In this document: positions 9,946-23,779 of the stretch, in pieces
Numbering within the stretch: position 1 is the first letter of the stretch
Layout: every line of letters starts with the position of its first letter
NCBI RefSeq assembly: GCF_001447785.1
Contig: NW_015164211.1
Coordinates: forward strand, 360,012 to 423,587
Direction: 5' to 3'
Source: Gekko japonicus
Taxonomy: Eukaryota
Length of the DNA stretch: 63,576 bases
Translations under genes and position numbers: made by a program
The notes under the pieces: generated by a model
Database searches by the model: none
Told to the model about the DNA's origin: nothing
The model's input: only the letters and a program-made list of their open reading frames with translations

Positions 9946-12900
9946 AGCCCTTCCACCTCCCTTGGCCAAGCGTATCCCACCTTGCTTCTTCAGGAGTAAG
10001 TGCACTGGTCTTAAAGGCCCCTCAGTGCCCTCTCCTGACTTGCCTACCAAGGATACAGCCCCTCAGAAGTGGGAAGGTAACCAGCATCCACTGAGTCATT
10101 TAAAAGACTCACTAGTGGCATGGGTATAATAGCCAACATAAGGGGGTTCCCCTTTTGGGGTTTCAGAGTCACCAGCTGGTATGGGGCAACTAGCCTGACC
10201 AAGCTGTCAGAGCAGGAACTGAGTTTGGTCCTTCAGGCAGTATCTACTTTGCTAACTTTGCTCTGTTTAACTAACAGAATTTATTAAAATGTATTACTTA
10301 AAAAAAAAGTTTTGTGTTTCCAGAAAAAAAGGCTATCTACTAGTAAAAATACTTGTTGAGAATCCTTAATTACATTTAATTTTGTATTATTACACCTATT
10401 TTATACCTCATAATATTGAAGGATATACTGTATCTTGCACTAAAACTGTATCCATTATCACTTTGCTTTAGAGCTGTATAACCAGTGCCTTTACCAGAGT
10501 TGGGCTTCTGTGTAATTCCCATTCATTTCACTGTGAGGCTTATCTTGAACACTTTAACTTTCACAATAATATCATGTCAAACTATCTGTCCCAGTGATTC
10601 TCAAACTGTAAATTGGGACCAGAAGTACATAGTGACTCTCTAGCAGGTGGGCCACAAGGCCAGGAAGTAAGAGGCTGCAGGGCCACCGACTAGGGGAACA
10701 AAATTCTAGGGCCCAAGTAAACTGGAGGGGGCGCCCCCCCATGTCAGCATCGTGCTGAATTCAGCTGAATGCCTTTCCAGTGATTTTCCTCTTGATGCAG
10801 TCCTGGCTGTAGCCACTAAGGGCGCAGGGAAGCCTGAGCACAGTAAAAGGCACTCTTATCGGCTGGACTCGCCTTTCTGCAAGACCAAAGCAAATTTAGG
10901 TAACAGATCATGCTAATCCCATCAACCAATCCAGCAAGACAAGAGAGCATGCTGATGGCTGCTACAGTAATTGCCAGCCTGCAGCCTGCTGACAAGGTCA
11001 TTTTCTCCAGTAGTCTAGAAGAAGAAAAGAGTTGGTTTTTATACTCTACTTTTCTCTCCCTTTCCTTGCACCTGGCTCAGCCAGATCTTGCAAAGCAGTA
11101 GTTTGTGTGTTGCAGCAAGAGAAAACAACTTTCCCCTCTCTTTTCCTTAATTTCTGTCCCTCTATTCCGACTTTTGATAATATTATGAGCAAGGTGCATG
11201 AAGGTAATATTTTCCCGTGATATAACGAAGTAGTGAAAGGATGCTTCTCCACTCCTCCACCCTTTACATGCCCGGTTTTAGCGGTTATACATGTGGAACA
11301 GAAGTTAGAACTCCCAGTTCAGATGTGGGTTGTTAGCATTATTATTGTGTTGGAGAAAGATGTAATAGCCCTTTGTGAGGCTAAAGTAAAAGTAAAGGTT
11401 CCATTGCTCGAGCCCTTTGTGAGGCTACTATATGACAAATAATGTAATCTTTTTAATATTAAAATTTCTTTAACAAATGTCATACCCAGCCTTTCTCCCC
11501 AATAGAGGTCCAAAGCTGCATTGTTCTCTTGTCCTCCATTTTATCCTCACAACAACCCTATGATGTAGGTCTGGCTGAGAGTAGCCCAGCAATCATCTAT
11601 GGCGGATCAGGGATCTGTGTATTAAAGACACATGACAGGTTGCTTAAAAGTTGTCTTACTATATGTTGCCTATTGTGAAGATAACCTGGTTTGGGGTGTT
11701 CTAATTCCCTTCATTTTTGCACTGCGACTTCCATGACCATTCTGGGGTTGGTGGCCTGTTTTCAAACATGTAGTGTTATTTTCTGATGAGTTCTACCTGC
11801 CACAAACAGAGACCCTCAGCTTCAATTGCAAATCACCCAGGGGGGCAGCTCACATGTGCCAGGATAATCCCGTGCCTTTCCGTTTTGGTCCTGGATCTCC
11901 CATAATCATTTTAAAGCTGGTGGCCAATTTTGAGTCTCCTAGCTTTATTCCCTGATGAGTTATACTTGCCATAAATGGACAGATGGACAGACAGTCCAAT
12001 TATTTTGTTACTATAGATTCATAGTAACAGGAAGCAAACTGATTTGTTATGATATTTCGTTTGAATCAGGGTCATTTGGGGGGTGTGAAATCTTTGTCTT
12101 GGGAGGCCATGGTGGCTCTCAGCAACTCTGAGAAGCTGCACGGCAAATTTGAGTTTCTCTGCATAGTATACCAAAGGGCCATGAAATACAGCCTTTTATT
12201 CATTAATGCTGCACATTTATAAATACTAAAACAGACAAAACATAAACTTAGTCAGTGTTAACTGATATGAGATTCCTGTGCCTTATGTTAGGCAAGAAGA
12301 AAGAAGTGTGTTGTTACTTTGCAAGTGGGTCCTGGAAAGTAAGAGTCCCACTCCAAAGAAGTCTTGAGAAGTATTGACATTTCAGAGAAGAGGAATACAT
12401 TGTGATGTATCAACTAATTCTGCTTTTCACATGTTTTCCCCATTACTATCCAGCCCTGCAGACTTTTCTAGCACACAGAAATGCCTGTTTCTTTTCACAT
12501 TTTCCTCCAGCAGGTAATTGTTTTTTAATGGCAGCTATTAATTTGTTACATTTTTACAGATAGTGACATAACTAATAATCTAGTTAAATCTCTGGCACTT
12601 CAAGCAAATGAATGACCAGGAGAGGGAACGCTTGGGGAGAGAACGGAGTGACACAGAAACAGCGTTGAAGGGTGTTCTACATATGTCTCTTTTCTATAAT
12701 CTGAATATAAGGCCCACTTACCTACCACAAACATTCATTCTAAGCTTCCAATCCCTATACTAAATTAACATTCATGAACTGCTTACTCAGAAGTAAGTTC
12801 CACATTATTCAATAGGGCTTACTCCTAGGAAGATGTCTTTAGGATTGCAGTCATAAACACTTTTTGAAAACACTCCCATTTCTGAATTCAGTAATTTAAA

Positions 12901-13058
12901 GGGGCATGTATAGCAGTAGGATGGTATTTTCTGGGTTTTTTACTAGGGCTCTCCTCTAAAATTCATAGGACTGCATCTCTAGAATCTTCCACTAAAGAAA
13001 AACAAGTCTCTTGCATAGATTCATTGAGAATAGCCCAGAATATGTATGTGTGTAAAGT

Positions 13059-13232
13059 GCTGTCAAGTTGCAGCCAATTTATGGTGACCACGGGAAGGGG
13101 CTTTCAAGGCAACTGGAAAGCAGAGGTGGTTTTCCATTGCCTTCCTCTGCAGAGCCTTCCTTGATACTCTCACTTCTAAGTACTGATCCTGCTTAGCTTC
13201 CGAGATCTGACAAGACTGGACCATACCATGCT
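13059..13232 (-). mobile_element. 5S rRNA-derived SINE (SINE3-type)
   Basis: Reverse strand reads GTCAGATCTCGGAAGCTAAGCAGG..AGTACTT (5S-like), followed by a non-5S tail shared with other copies. Confidence 0.75.
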
Positions 13233-14054
13233 GGCATCCCTTCCAGCCTGGAACACAGGACAACATTTTTCAGGTATGCTTGTTAAGCTTTGCTATAGCT
13301 CAAATTAAAAACCTGTTAACATCGGGCCGTGACATCTGAGCTTTCCATATCCACAGTCATGGCAAAAATGTCACCCACAACCAACCTTAAGTGAAGATGT
13401 GAAAACATGTAAATGAGTTTCACCAGTGCCTGCATCATAGCACCTAAAGCAGGTGCTACACGTCTGGGATTAAGGGGCTGGCTTCCAAATCAAAAAGGTG
13501 AATTGGGGTTTACATCTAGCATCTGTTTTTCATCCCCAAACTCCAGCCTAGAATATTTGAAGTAATTACAGAAATACTCAAGTGTATTTTAGGGAAGTGT
13601 GCAAAATATTTGTTTAAAATTTTTTTTTTAATTTTCATTATTACACAATTGTTTTATTATATATGCTTTTGTTTCCCTCGGTTTCAGCAGTCCGCCTTTC
13701 TATTTATAACTTTTGTCCCATCCAATTCTCAGGAAATGTACCCCTCATCCAAGAGATCCTCCATGCTAATTACCAAACTTATAGAAAAAAGTCCCCCTCC
13801 ATTTATTATTAAGCAGAATAACACCCTTCTAACCCCCCTGAGATCAATGGATTTACCAAAGTCTGACTCTGGTTTAGGAGGACTGCATTGTAAAACTCTC
13901 AGAATGGGCATAGGTTGGCTTTAAAAATCCCAAGAAAACAGCATGGCAGAGCAGGCACAAGTAAAAAAACATAATAAACATAAGTTTGGTGTGTTCTGGT
14001 TTTGTTCAAAAACAGATTCCCCCACACACCCATTTTCTCTATGTGTGAATAGAT

Positions 14055-14737
14055 CAGGGGTCGTTTCGTAGAAAAAGAGCTAGGGAACTCATTAGCATAA
14101 CTCATTAGCATATGCCACACCCCCTGACATCACCGGAAGTGTGTCATAAGGCCACACCCCCCGCCCCCAACGGTCNNNNNNNNNNNNNNNNNNNNNNNNN
14201 NNNNNNNNNNNNNNNNNNNNNNNNNNNNNNNNNNNNNNNNNNNNNNNNNNNNNNNNNNNNNNNNNNNNNNNNNNNNNNNNNNNNNNNNNNNNNNNNNNNN
14301 NNNNNNNNNNNNNNNNNNNNNNNNNNNNNNNNNNNNNNNNNNNNNNNNNNNNNNNNNNNNNNNNNNNNNNNNNNNNNNNNNNNNNNNNNNNNNNNNNNNN
14401 NNNNNNNNNNNNNNNNNNNNNNNNNNNNNNNNNNNNNNNNNNNGCTGGCCTTGCAGCTCCACTGCCGAGCCCCATGAGGGGCCGGCGGTGGACCTGCAAG
14501 GCCGGCGGGAGTGCGAGGAAGCCCCGCGAAGGCCCTCCCTGGCCCCAGGCAGGCAGGGGTGGGGAGAGGCAGGGAGGAAGCAACTTACCCTCCCTCTTCT
14601 CCTGCCTCCTCCTGGCTGAATGAGGGCCGGAAGCGGGGCGGCCGGAAGCAGGGGGCGGGGCTTCGTCATGTGCCCCGCCCCCTTACCTCACCCGGGGGAA
14701 CTGGGATCCCCCGCGATACCCCCTGAAATGACCTCTG
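14055..14737. mobile_element. hAT-type non-autonomous element (contains N-gap)
   Basis: TIRs CAGGGGTCGTTTC / GAAATGACCTCTG; perfect 8-bp TSD GAATAGAT at 14047-14054 and 14738-14745. Confidence 0.85.
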
Positions 14738-16629
14738 GAATAGATAGATCCCCCTTATCACATCTACTTCTGTTTATATAAATAAAACAGGTTACCTGTC
14801 TTTTTCTTTACAAGGTCTAATAGCTAGAAGTGTGATTCCCACCCCCCGCAAATTTACCTCCAACTGTTTTTAAGGGAAAGTAATGTTGAAAGATTTCAGA
14901 TCCTTGTCACTGATCTCTCACATCTTAATTGGTATGGTCCTAAGTCTGTGAATATCTGTCTTTCTTGTGTTATTGGTTACAGCATTCACACACTGAGGGA
15001 ACACTTCTAAGTACGTCTATACTCAGAAGTAAGTTCCATTTTATACAATTGTGCTTACTTCAAGGAAAGTGTTTTTGGGATTGCAGCCTAAAAACAACAT
15101 GGCAGGTGTTGCCTGCCTGTACGCCAGTACATAAAAGCTATATGCTTTCCTTTGTCCAGAGAGAACAAAGCAAACAGGAGCCAATGCTTATATGAAATCA
15201 AATCAAAGCCCTCTTGCAGTCAGAGAACCAACATTGTGACTGCTCTGAACAACAGAATGGAAAGACAAACACATCAGTGCAATCCTCTGTGGCAGTAGAG
15301 TGTGAAACTCTACTGATGGGGAAACATCAGTCAGTTACATCTCCTCTGAATCACTCTCTCCTTATTTATTTACACCCTTTCTTCACACATAGTGAACTCA
15401 AGGCAGTCTCTCCTCATTCTTGCTCTCCAACTCCCTTGAATTCTAAGCCTGACAAACCAGGTACGAGGATAATGGCCAAATCTGAAGATTTCCAAATATG
15501 ATTGACTATTGTTGATTTTTCAGTCTGGATTAGGTAAGAACTATAATCACAGTTCTGGTAAGGAATTGCAGGGGATCTTCCTCCACTTCCCCTCTTTTAC
15601 ATATTCCATCCCAGGTTGCTATGGCAAGAGGACTTCATAAGGCTTTGAATGCCATTTTGGGTTCCCCTAGCAACCTGACAGATGCTGAGGTACATAGCTC
15701 CTGCTGAGCCATGGGGCCTGTCCACAGAGTACAGCATCCTTGGCAAAGCTTCAGACATCTGCAGCACAACAAGAGACAGCGGCCTCAGCATCTGGCTGGG
15801 GTGATAAGACTTGTAAGACCTCAGGTGCTATTTCAGTTTATTTTGTAATCTTATTCATTCTGCAATGGACCCCAGCTGCATGCACAGATCCCCTATGTGG
15901 GGAAGACTGGTTCAGTTTGGGAGGAAAGGTGAAGCTGTATTTTTCTTGCTTACCTAGGGTTTTCCCTAGACATGCAGAACTCTCTCTCATTCATGCCTAG
16001 CTGAGTGGCACAGATTTCACTGCCCACCGGGGGGGGGGGTGCACTTGGAAATTTAGTATTGGCTTGGATCTCCTAGAGTGATTTCCACTCACAGAGCTTG
16101 ACTTTCTCATCTTCTTCCTCCCACTGTAGCCCAAAGGTCATCTGAAATGCTGCTCCTGGAGCAAAAAGGACCCCCAGGAAGAGAATGATGGGGGAGTCAA
16201 AGATCTGCTGTGGAAGGGACAAAATCAGCAAAAATTGTCCCCATTCTGTCAGCAGAAATGCTTGACAATATCCATCCCATGGCGTCCCAACACCTGTTTT
16301 TCTAGAAATGAAGCAACGAGTCCATATGTATGGCTTCCATCCAGCCCCGGAGTCTCCCACTTAAAACAGGAAGTGTAGACAACAGTACTTCTATGCCATA
16401 TTAAACATTTGTTCTTCTACCCAACCATGAAGACAACATTCCCCTTCAGGCCTAAACGTACTTTATGGCAAAGTTTGCAAATTACTGAAGGGCCAGTCAC
16501 TTCTCAGGCCCCCCTGGTACTTCAAAGTCCACATTTCCTAACCCCCGTACCAGTCTTCAGTCCAGCTACCCACTGCCATCAGCATACCAGTCATTCATCT
16601 GTCTTTCAGGTCAACACTGCTTAGTCAAG

Positions 16630-17604
16630 TCAGGTATCATGCTCCCTGCCTTGGACGGCACACCACTTGTGCTGGCCCAAAAGGTGAGGAGCTCAGAGGT
16701 GATCCTGGATGCCTCATTTTCTATGGAGGTCCAGGTCACTGCTATTGCCAAATCTGCCTTTTATCGTCTTTGGCAGATTAGGCAACTGGTTCTCTACCAC
16801 TCCCCCCAAGACTTCGCTATGGTGACCCATGCAATGGTCTCTTCCAGACTTGATTACTATAACTAGCTTTACATGGGCTTGCCCTTGAGGTTGATCCGGA
16901 AACTCCAGCTAGTGCAAAATGCGGCGGCACACCTGACTGTGTCGCCTATGCGGGCACGCATGGAGCCAGTGCTATGTCAACTGCACTTGCTACCGACTGA
17001 GTACCAGATCTGCTTCAAGATGTTGGTACTGACCTTTAAAGCCCTGTGCAGCCAGGGACAGACATATCTGAGGGACCGCCTCTCCCCACATGTGCCCTGG
17101 AGAACTTTGCACTTAGCAGACCAGCATTTGCTGGTTGTCCCCGGCCTAAAGGACGTCCACTTAGCCTCAACTAGGGCCAGGGCCTTTTCTGCCCTGGCTC
17201 CGACCTGGTAGAAGATTCTCCTGCCTGAGGTCAGGGCCCTGTGGGGCCTATTACCATTCCACGGGGCCTGTAAAACAGAGCTGTTCCACCAGGCTTTTGG
17301 GTGAGGGGTGGGCGTCCATTTATTCCATCTATTGGCCTCCCTTGCTGAAACTTGTTGAAGCTCTCCATCCGATATGGCCCATCTGAGAAGATCTTACAGT
17401 CTGGTTTATGGCCCAGCTGCTCCAGTTCTGAGAACATTGTATTTGTAAATTACAGTGCCATCTGTTCTCAGCTCATATTCTTTTAAAAATTGTTTTAATC
17501 GTTTATTTCCTATATTGTTTTGTTATTTTCTAATTGCTGTTGTAATCTGCCCTGAGCCTGCTGTGGAGAGGGTGGAATATAAATTTGAAAATAAATAAAT
17601 AAAT
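16630..17604 (+). mobile_element. L2 LINE 3' fragment (ORF2 C-terminus, degenerate)
   Basis: ORFs ...AMVSSRLDYYN and GLPLRLIRKLQLVQNAAA..LHLLP..QICFKMLVLTFKAL..RAFSALAPTW are typical of L2 ORF2; (AAAT)n tail. Confidence 0.88.
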
Positions 17605-19204
17605 GAGTACGTGATGTCACCTGCTGTCTAGGAAGGAAGGGATGTGGGGGGGGGGGTTGTCCTTTGTAAAAGGGCTTTTGCTAGGGAAGTCTTTGAACAG
17701 AGGTGGTCTGGGGCCCTGGGCAAAATGTGAGGATGGGGCCTCAGAATCCCTCAAGTAGGAGAAGGGTGATCAGTAGAATGGCAGTAGGGGTCCCCCACCA
17801 CTATAATTGATTACCCAGTCCCCCCTCTGCCCGAGTCTCAGGCAGCATGGGAGCTCAGTGCAGGAGCTTCAGGGCAGCGGGGGCTCCCAGCACGCCCCCT
17901 CCCCCCAGTGCAGGGCCCAGGATGCCTACCTCAGATGCCCCATGGCTAAGACCACAGCTGCTTTTGAAAGAAACTTGAAGGAAGGGTAGAAATTCAACTC
18001 CTGCTGGTTTTGAAAAGAAAAAAGCTGAGCAATCCTAAAAGGGTTGGGGAACATAATACAATATGGAGCACTCACATGCAGTTATACTTCTAGCACTCTA
18101 GTGCATTTACAAATGCTATGATGTAGAAAAAAAACTGTTGCAACACCTAATCAGATCAGTAAAACATTGAGAAAACATGTGTGCACATGGCTGTCTGGGA
18201 CGGAGAGACAGAGGTTGAGCTAGGTTTTGTACTTTATTTATAATCCACTTCTATATCATTACGGAGATGCAAAGTGGATAGCACCATAATTCTCCCTTCT
18301 TCCATGTTATCCTCAGAACCACCCCCCCATGAAGCAAGTTTCCATGCAGAGTGTGGGATCGGAACCTGGTTCTCCCCAGTCATAGTCTGACAATCTAATC
18401 ACCACACCACACTGGCTGTTCCTGGTGCCACTGCAGGGACCCTGGAGGACCCACCTCTGCCACCCTATTGCGCAGCAGCTGACTGCAGCCACTGTCACCT
18501 GCCCTTTCTGGGTGGCAGCTGTGGTCACCATATTGGCCTCCTCCCTCCCTCCCTCCATGCATGCAGTGGGCAGCTCCTCCTCTTCCTCCCCCTGCCAGAT
18601 AGCATAGGGAGAAATGGTAGCATGCAGACTAAAGATGGAGCCCAATCCTGCTGTCATTCCAGTTCATACCCAGAGGTACCTAGAGCATTAAGCAACTGGA
18701 GGATTAATGCCTCTGAATGTGGACGTTGCCCTCAGTCGCCATGGTCAGTAGCCATTGATACATTGATAACAGCAGGAGACATTACATACTCATTTATTTA
18801 TTTATTCATTCAAATGACTCTATCTATAAGAACACAAGAAAAGCTCTTTGAGGAGCATGGGAGAACAAGTGTTTTGCACCCTTTTTAGGCCTGAGCATGA
18901 AAAAGGCTCTAGGGCTTCCAGTGTAGTCGCCCATTTCCTTTGAGAAGGATGCTTGGCATGGCTCTTCTGCAACATTTAGCCTGCCAGTACATTCTGATTT
19001 AAATTGCTGCCTTGTTCTTAGTCAAATCATGCTTGACACCAGTGGTTTAAATCAATTTATGCTTTTTAAAAAAGTAATGGTTTTCAAACTTTAGATTTAG
19101 AATTTTCTTCGTATCCCTTTGTCTTGAAGGAATCCCTCTGTGCTGCAGAGGATTCCAGAGCATGTCCTAGAGTTTGCATTGTGTTCATGTGGCGTATGAG
19201 CCAA

Positions 19205-19392
19205 GGCTAGCATGATCTTGTCAGATATCAGCAGCTAAGCAGGGTCCACCCCAGTTAGTACTTGGATGGGAGATCACCAAGGAAGTCCAGGGTTGTTATG
19301 CAACAGCAGGCAATGGCAAACCACCTCTGAACATCTCTTGCCTTGGAAACTCGGATCATGTCACCATAAGTAGGCTGCTACTTGATGGCACT
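19205..19392 (+). mobile_element. 5S rRNA-derived SINE; further minus-strand copies at ~55562-55752 and ~60519-60722
   Basis: GATCTTGTCAGAT..GCTAAGCAGGGTC..GTTAGTACTTGGATGGGAGA matches 5S rRNA, followed by a GGCAATGGCAAACCACCTCTG tail. Confidence 0.8.
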
Positions 19393-22300
19393 TCCCACCA
19401 CCAAAAAGAGGGCCTAAAGGACAAAATAATAGCATTCTATCCCCTCTTGTGGGGGGGGGGGGATGCGTGTGCCTACATGCAGTGATTCAAATATATGTAT
19501 TGATACACGCAAGTAAGCAAGAAGGGGGTCTCTGGAATTCCTTTTGCTCCCCAAAACATGAAGCCAACATGTCAGGGTTTACAAAGAAATGGAAGTTATG
19601 AGCTGCTCACCCTATGTGAAAAGTGGAGTTCAGGTTTAATAGGAATGGGGGGAAAAGCCAATGGATCTGTGTCTGTCTATAAGTGTATTTCCTTAACAAT
19701 AGTGTCATGGACAAATAGCTCTCAATTCTGTAGAGTTGATTTTTGACCCACAAAGTTCATACCAGTATTCTAGAGTATTTGTGTGTCCCCCCCCCGCGCG
19801 CTTCAGAACTCTGATTCGAGACTGTGTTACTCCATATGGGGGGATTGTTTCCAGGGGACTAAAAGAGGCTGTTTCTCAACCAAATGACACTAAAACTGCA
19901 GGGATCCTAGGCCTGCCTGTCCACTAAAGACTCTATATATTTTAAGCAAATTGGATCAAGGGGTCCAGTTCTATGGGCCCCTGAACAGGGTGACCCAGCC
20001 ACCCTACCTTTCTCCATTGTTTCCTGGGGGGAAATCCCATGCTTTCTCAAAAGCCAAAGAAGCCAATAGCCACACATGCAAGAGCAGGAGACCCAATGTA
20101 GCACCCATGGGCACTGTGGCACCTGCGATTTTCTGGTGCCTGCCAAGTGTTTTCAAAAAGTAGGCGGGGCCAGGTGGGGGTTTTGCCTTGCAGGGCTTCT
20201 GATTGGCCACTAGAGATCTGACTGGTTGTGCAGATGTTTAAAAACATTGTTTTGGCAGCAGCTACCACCACAGCACAAATAAAATGAGGAGGGCCACAAG
20301 GCATGGTATTTTAACAATAAAAGCAGCTTGCAGGAGAAAGGCACCCTTCCTGTTCCTAGGCCTTACCTCTCTGTAATCACGTCTGTCTCTTCCCACTTCC
20401 AAGACCAGAAGTGAGCAAGGAAGGGGAGGGTGATGAATTTAATTTATCAATTGAGGGCCACTAAGGAACAGGGAATACATATGAAAAGAAACGTCTGTCA
20501 TTGTTGCGCCTGGAACTTTTGACAATTTTTTTTTACAATCTTTGAAGCGGCCAAAATATAGTCCTTATGGACTGCCTCCCTCCACGGACTAAAAGTGAAT
20601 CTCAGATAAATTAATTATTTGGTTCTGTTGAAAGGGTAACCAGTTCCATGTCTCATAAGCCCAGTCACAAGGTATTTATATAATGGGCTGCTTCGGGATT
20701 TGAGCCTTCAACAACCATGACAAGCAACACAAGGGGTGGCTAATTAGATTGCAGTGCATATACTTTTAGTAAACACATTGAAAAGGGATTAATCTTTCTT
20801 TGTTATAGTATGATAAAATATTCCAAAATGAACATCAGAGGGATGGTGCAATACTGAGCATGGCTACTAGATGTTCTTATTCAACATATCTAATTCCCAC
20901 TGTCCATACATGCATTGCATGCTAATTAGCTTAAATTTCTGAACACAGTTGTAAATAATGTAGTGTTTTATGCATGTTTACTCTCAACTAAATCCTGGTA
21001 AACTCTCTCAGATTTACGTCCTAACTGGTATGCCCAGCACTGCTGTCCTAACCTTAACATTTCACAGACTATTTTTTCCCCAAGAAGCACACTTGTTGCT
21101 TGTAACACATTAAAAGCCTCAGGGCAAACCATAAAGCTTTCTCTGAATGAACAGATGTCTCCAGTATTTCCTGACTTATGCTGAGTTTAAGCAAACATAG
21201 TGTAGATTATTTCTTTTTAAGGGAAACTTAATCTTGCTTTTTGGCAATACAAAACCTGAATGCATCGTTTCATGTTTACTGCTAATGCTGGAGAAAATGT
21301 TGGCAACTCCTAATCCTCCCAGTTTTCCTGTTCTCCATGAATAACCAATTTAAGTCTATGCCAGTAGTTGCCTTCTTCTAGGATTACATTACAACATAAA
21401 ACAAATCCAAACAAACCCAAGTTTCAAACTTATACAGACCATCTTCTGATATCCCAGTAAAGTTGGTAAAGCCTAACAGTCTAAGCCACTCGTATTTGCT
21501 TTTGCTGTCTTCAATTGTTCAGCTTTCTTTTCTCTCTCCCTCCAATCCAGTGACAATGTTTCCAATTCTTTTGCCTCCACAATTCACTCCTTAGCTATTT
21601 TGGAAAAAGAGGCCTCTGAGGGCTGGCTGTTGGTGTCTCCATGGCAGCAGTCCAATAACATACCAGATGACAAATTAGGTGGGTGAAGAGCTGAAGCAGA
21701 TTAAGTAGCTGCCTTTGCACAGCCCCCCTGTGACCCTGTTGCATCCCCTGAGAGGGATTTAAGGATGTGGCACAGTAAAATAGTGCACATTTGAGTCTTC
21801 AGCCCTTTCACTGGTTGTTGAGCTTTTACAAGTAAGCCCATGTTTATATGACTTGCCAGACTTTATGTTTGGATTTAGTCCTCTACCACACAGTCTCTGA
21901 ACTGAGAACATATTGCGCTGGTACAAATTAATACAACAGACTTGGTTTTACAGTTGCCTCCTGCCTTTGTGCTTTATTTATTTATTTAATTTATATCCCA
22001 CCCTCCCCGCCTGGGCAGGCTCAGGGCGGCTTACATAGTATGTATAAAACAACTAAAACAAGAAATCAAATAAAATCACAATATAATTATAAAAGTATAC
22101 CATAAAGTGCTTTGGATGCAAGATGAAGCTTTATGCTGCGGCCATCCCTTTTCTGTGCTTGCAGCCAATTTGACCTAGGGCCACTCCAATCAGCTACCCA
22201 GTGCAGTGTTCCAGGACTGCAACTACTGTACTACATGTAAGTGCATTATGGTTGACCCCATAAACATTGCCATCAAAGACTGGCATCCTCTAGCTGCTGC

Positions 22301-22397
22301 CAAAGCCACAGGGCCCTAGAAGGCCACTGCCACTTAATGGCAGCTGATGAACAGTAGCAGCCTGCCCTCTCTGCAGGAGTAATGATTGTGCCTTGTG

Positions 22398-23052
22398 AAT
22401 AATTTTTTTAAAGAATATATTTGTATATATAAAATTGTAAATATAAAAGTATATGTATTAGTATGAATTTAAGGTCTGTATATGTATTAGATAGTTGAAC
22501 GGTCATGCAAATTTGGGTTTGTAAAGCTAACCAACTGGAGAAGGAGGGGAAACAGACCTGTTGTATTGGTCTCAGCCTGGTTAGAGAAGAACCAATCAGA
22601 CAGCCAGGAGAATGTAATAATCCTATTGACTCCTCTAGCAAATTTTGATAGGAGCCTATCAAAAGTTAGATTTTTCAGTCTCCTTTCAACATATAAGTAG
22701 ACCTGGCTTAGTCAACCAGAAGCAGCAGAGAACAAGAACTCTGAAGGACTTCAGAAAACAGAGACAGAGCTGAAATGTAGATCGCTGCAGCAGAGAATTC
22801 CCTCAGGAGGTGGAAGACACCTGAGGGCTGAATAGCTGTGGAGAGTTAAGCCTGAAAACAGCCAGCCTCAAGGCAAAGTCCACAAGTTGCTACACTGAAG
22901 TCTTGGGGATAGGAGACCCTCCCCCATCAGAACATTGGGAGGAAAGACCTCGGAAGACTGTAAGTTGAATTAATATAGAATAAGAACAAAGACAGTTCTG
23001 TGCCCAGTTCTGCATGTTTCTATTGTTCTTATCAAGTTGGTGTTAAACATTA
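22398..23052 (+). mobile_element. Possible solo LTR remnant
   Basis: TG...CA bounded, with CCAAT/ATTGG boxes and LTR-like composition; no convincing TSD. Confidence 0.3.
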
Positions 23053-23544
23053 CAACAGTTGGTTTGGATCTGAGGAGAAATGCATTGATCTTTTACTTGG
23101 GAAGCAAGCGCCCAAGGCCTAAGTACACTAACCAACCTGATAGGCCTCCTCATTGTTTGTTATTGCTGTTGCCACTTGCCTACTCAAGCAAGCAAACACT
23201 TAGCTATAAGAACAAAAGAGGCTTTATGGCCATTTTGGCCTGCAAAAGGTAAAACAGATTGTATCGTTTTTCATTTTGGAGATTCACAAACATCTTCAGA
23301 AATAAGGAGCATTGGCATACTGAACCACCAAACCATTTGAAATGCCCTTTGGTATAAACCCATGGTTCTCAAAATCAGTTTTAAAACCAGTACGCACTAA
23401 GCAAATTTTGATGTTTAGATTCTGAGGAACCTCAAAATAAACAAATGTAAACATACTTAATGTTATAAAGGATATCCCAATGTCACTGGATTATTAGAAT
23501 TATTATTTTGACTGAGGATGAAAATCCATTATAATAATACACTG

Positions 23545-23690
23545 AAGGTAAAGGTTTCCCTTGCTCGAAAGCCAGTCGAATCCGACTCTAGGGGGCGGTG
23601 CTCATCTCCATTTACAAGCCGAAGAGCCAGCGCTGTCCGAAGATGTTTCTGTGGTCATGTGGCCAGCATGACTAAATGCTGAGGTGCACT
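23545..23690 (-). mobile_element. Sauria SINE 3' fragment
   Basis: Same sequence as the full copies at 44986 and 55156, with the (ACCTTT)n tail on the minus strand. Confidence 0.8.
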
Positions 23691-23779
23691 GGCTGTCCCA
23701 TAATACCTTTCCCTGTAAAACTGCAGTCCTTTCTATACTGTTGGGCCTGTCACATGCAGCAAAAATAACACTAACACTT

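Noticed and set aside
11783-11976. Two CUGAUGA boxes suggesting hammerhead ribozymes or C/D snoRNA
   Set aside because: No stem II plus GAAA after either box, no terminal stem or matching D-box layout, and the location is intergenic
19205-19300. 5S rRNA gene
   Set aside because: Diverged, truncated and fused to a repeated non-5S tail, so a SINE
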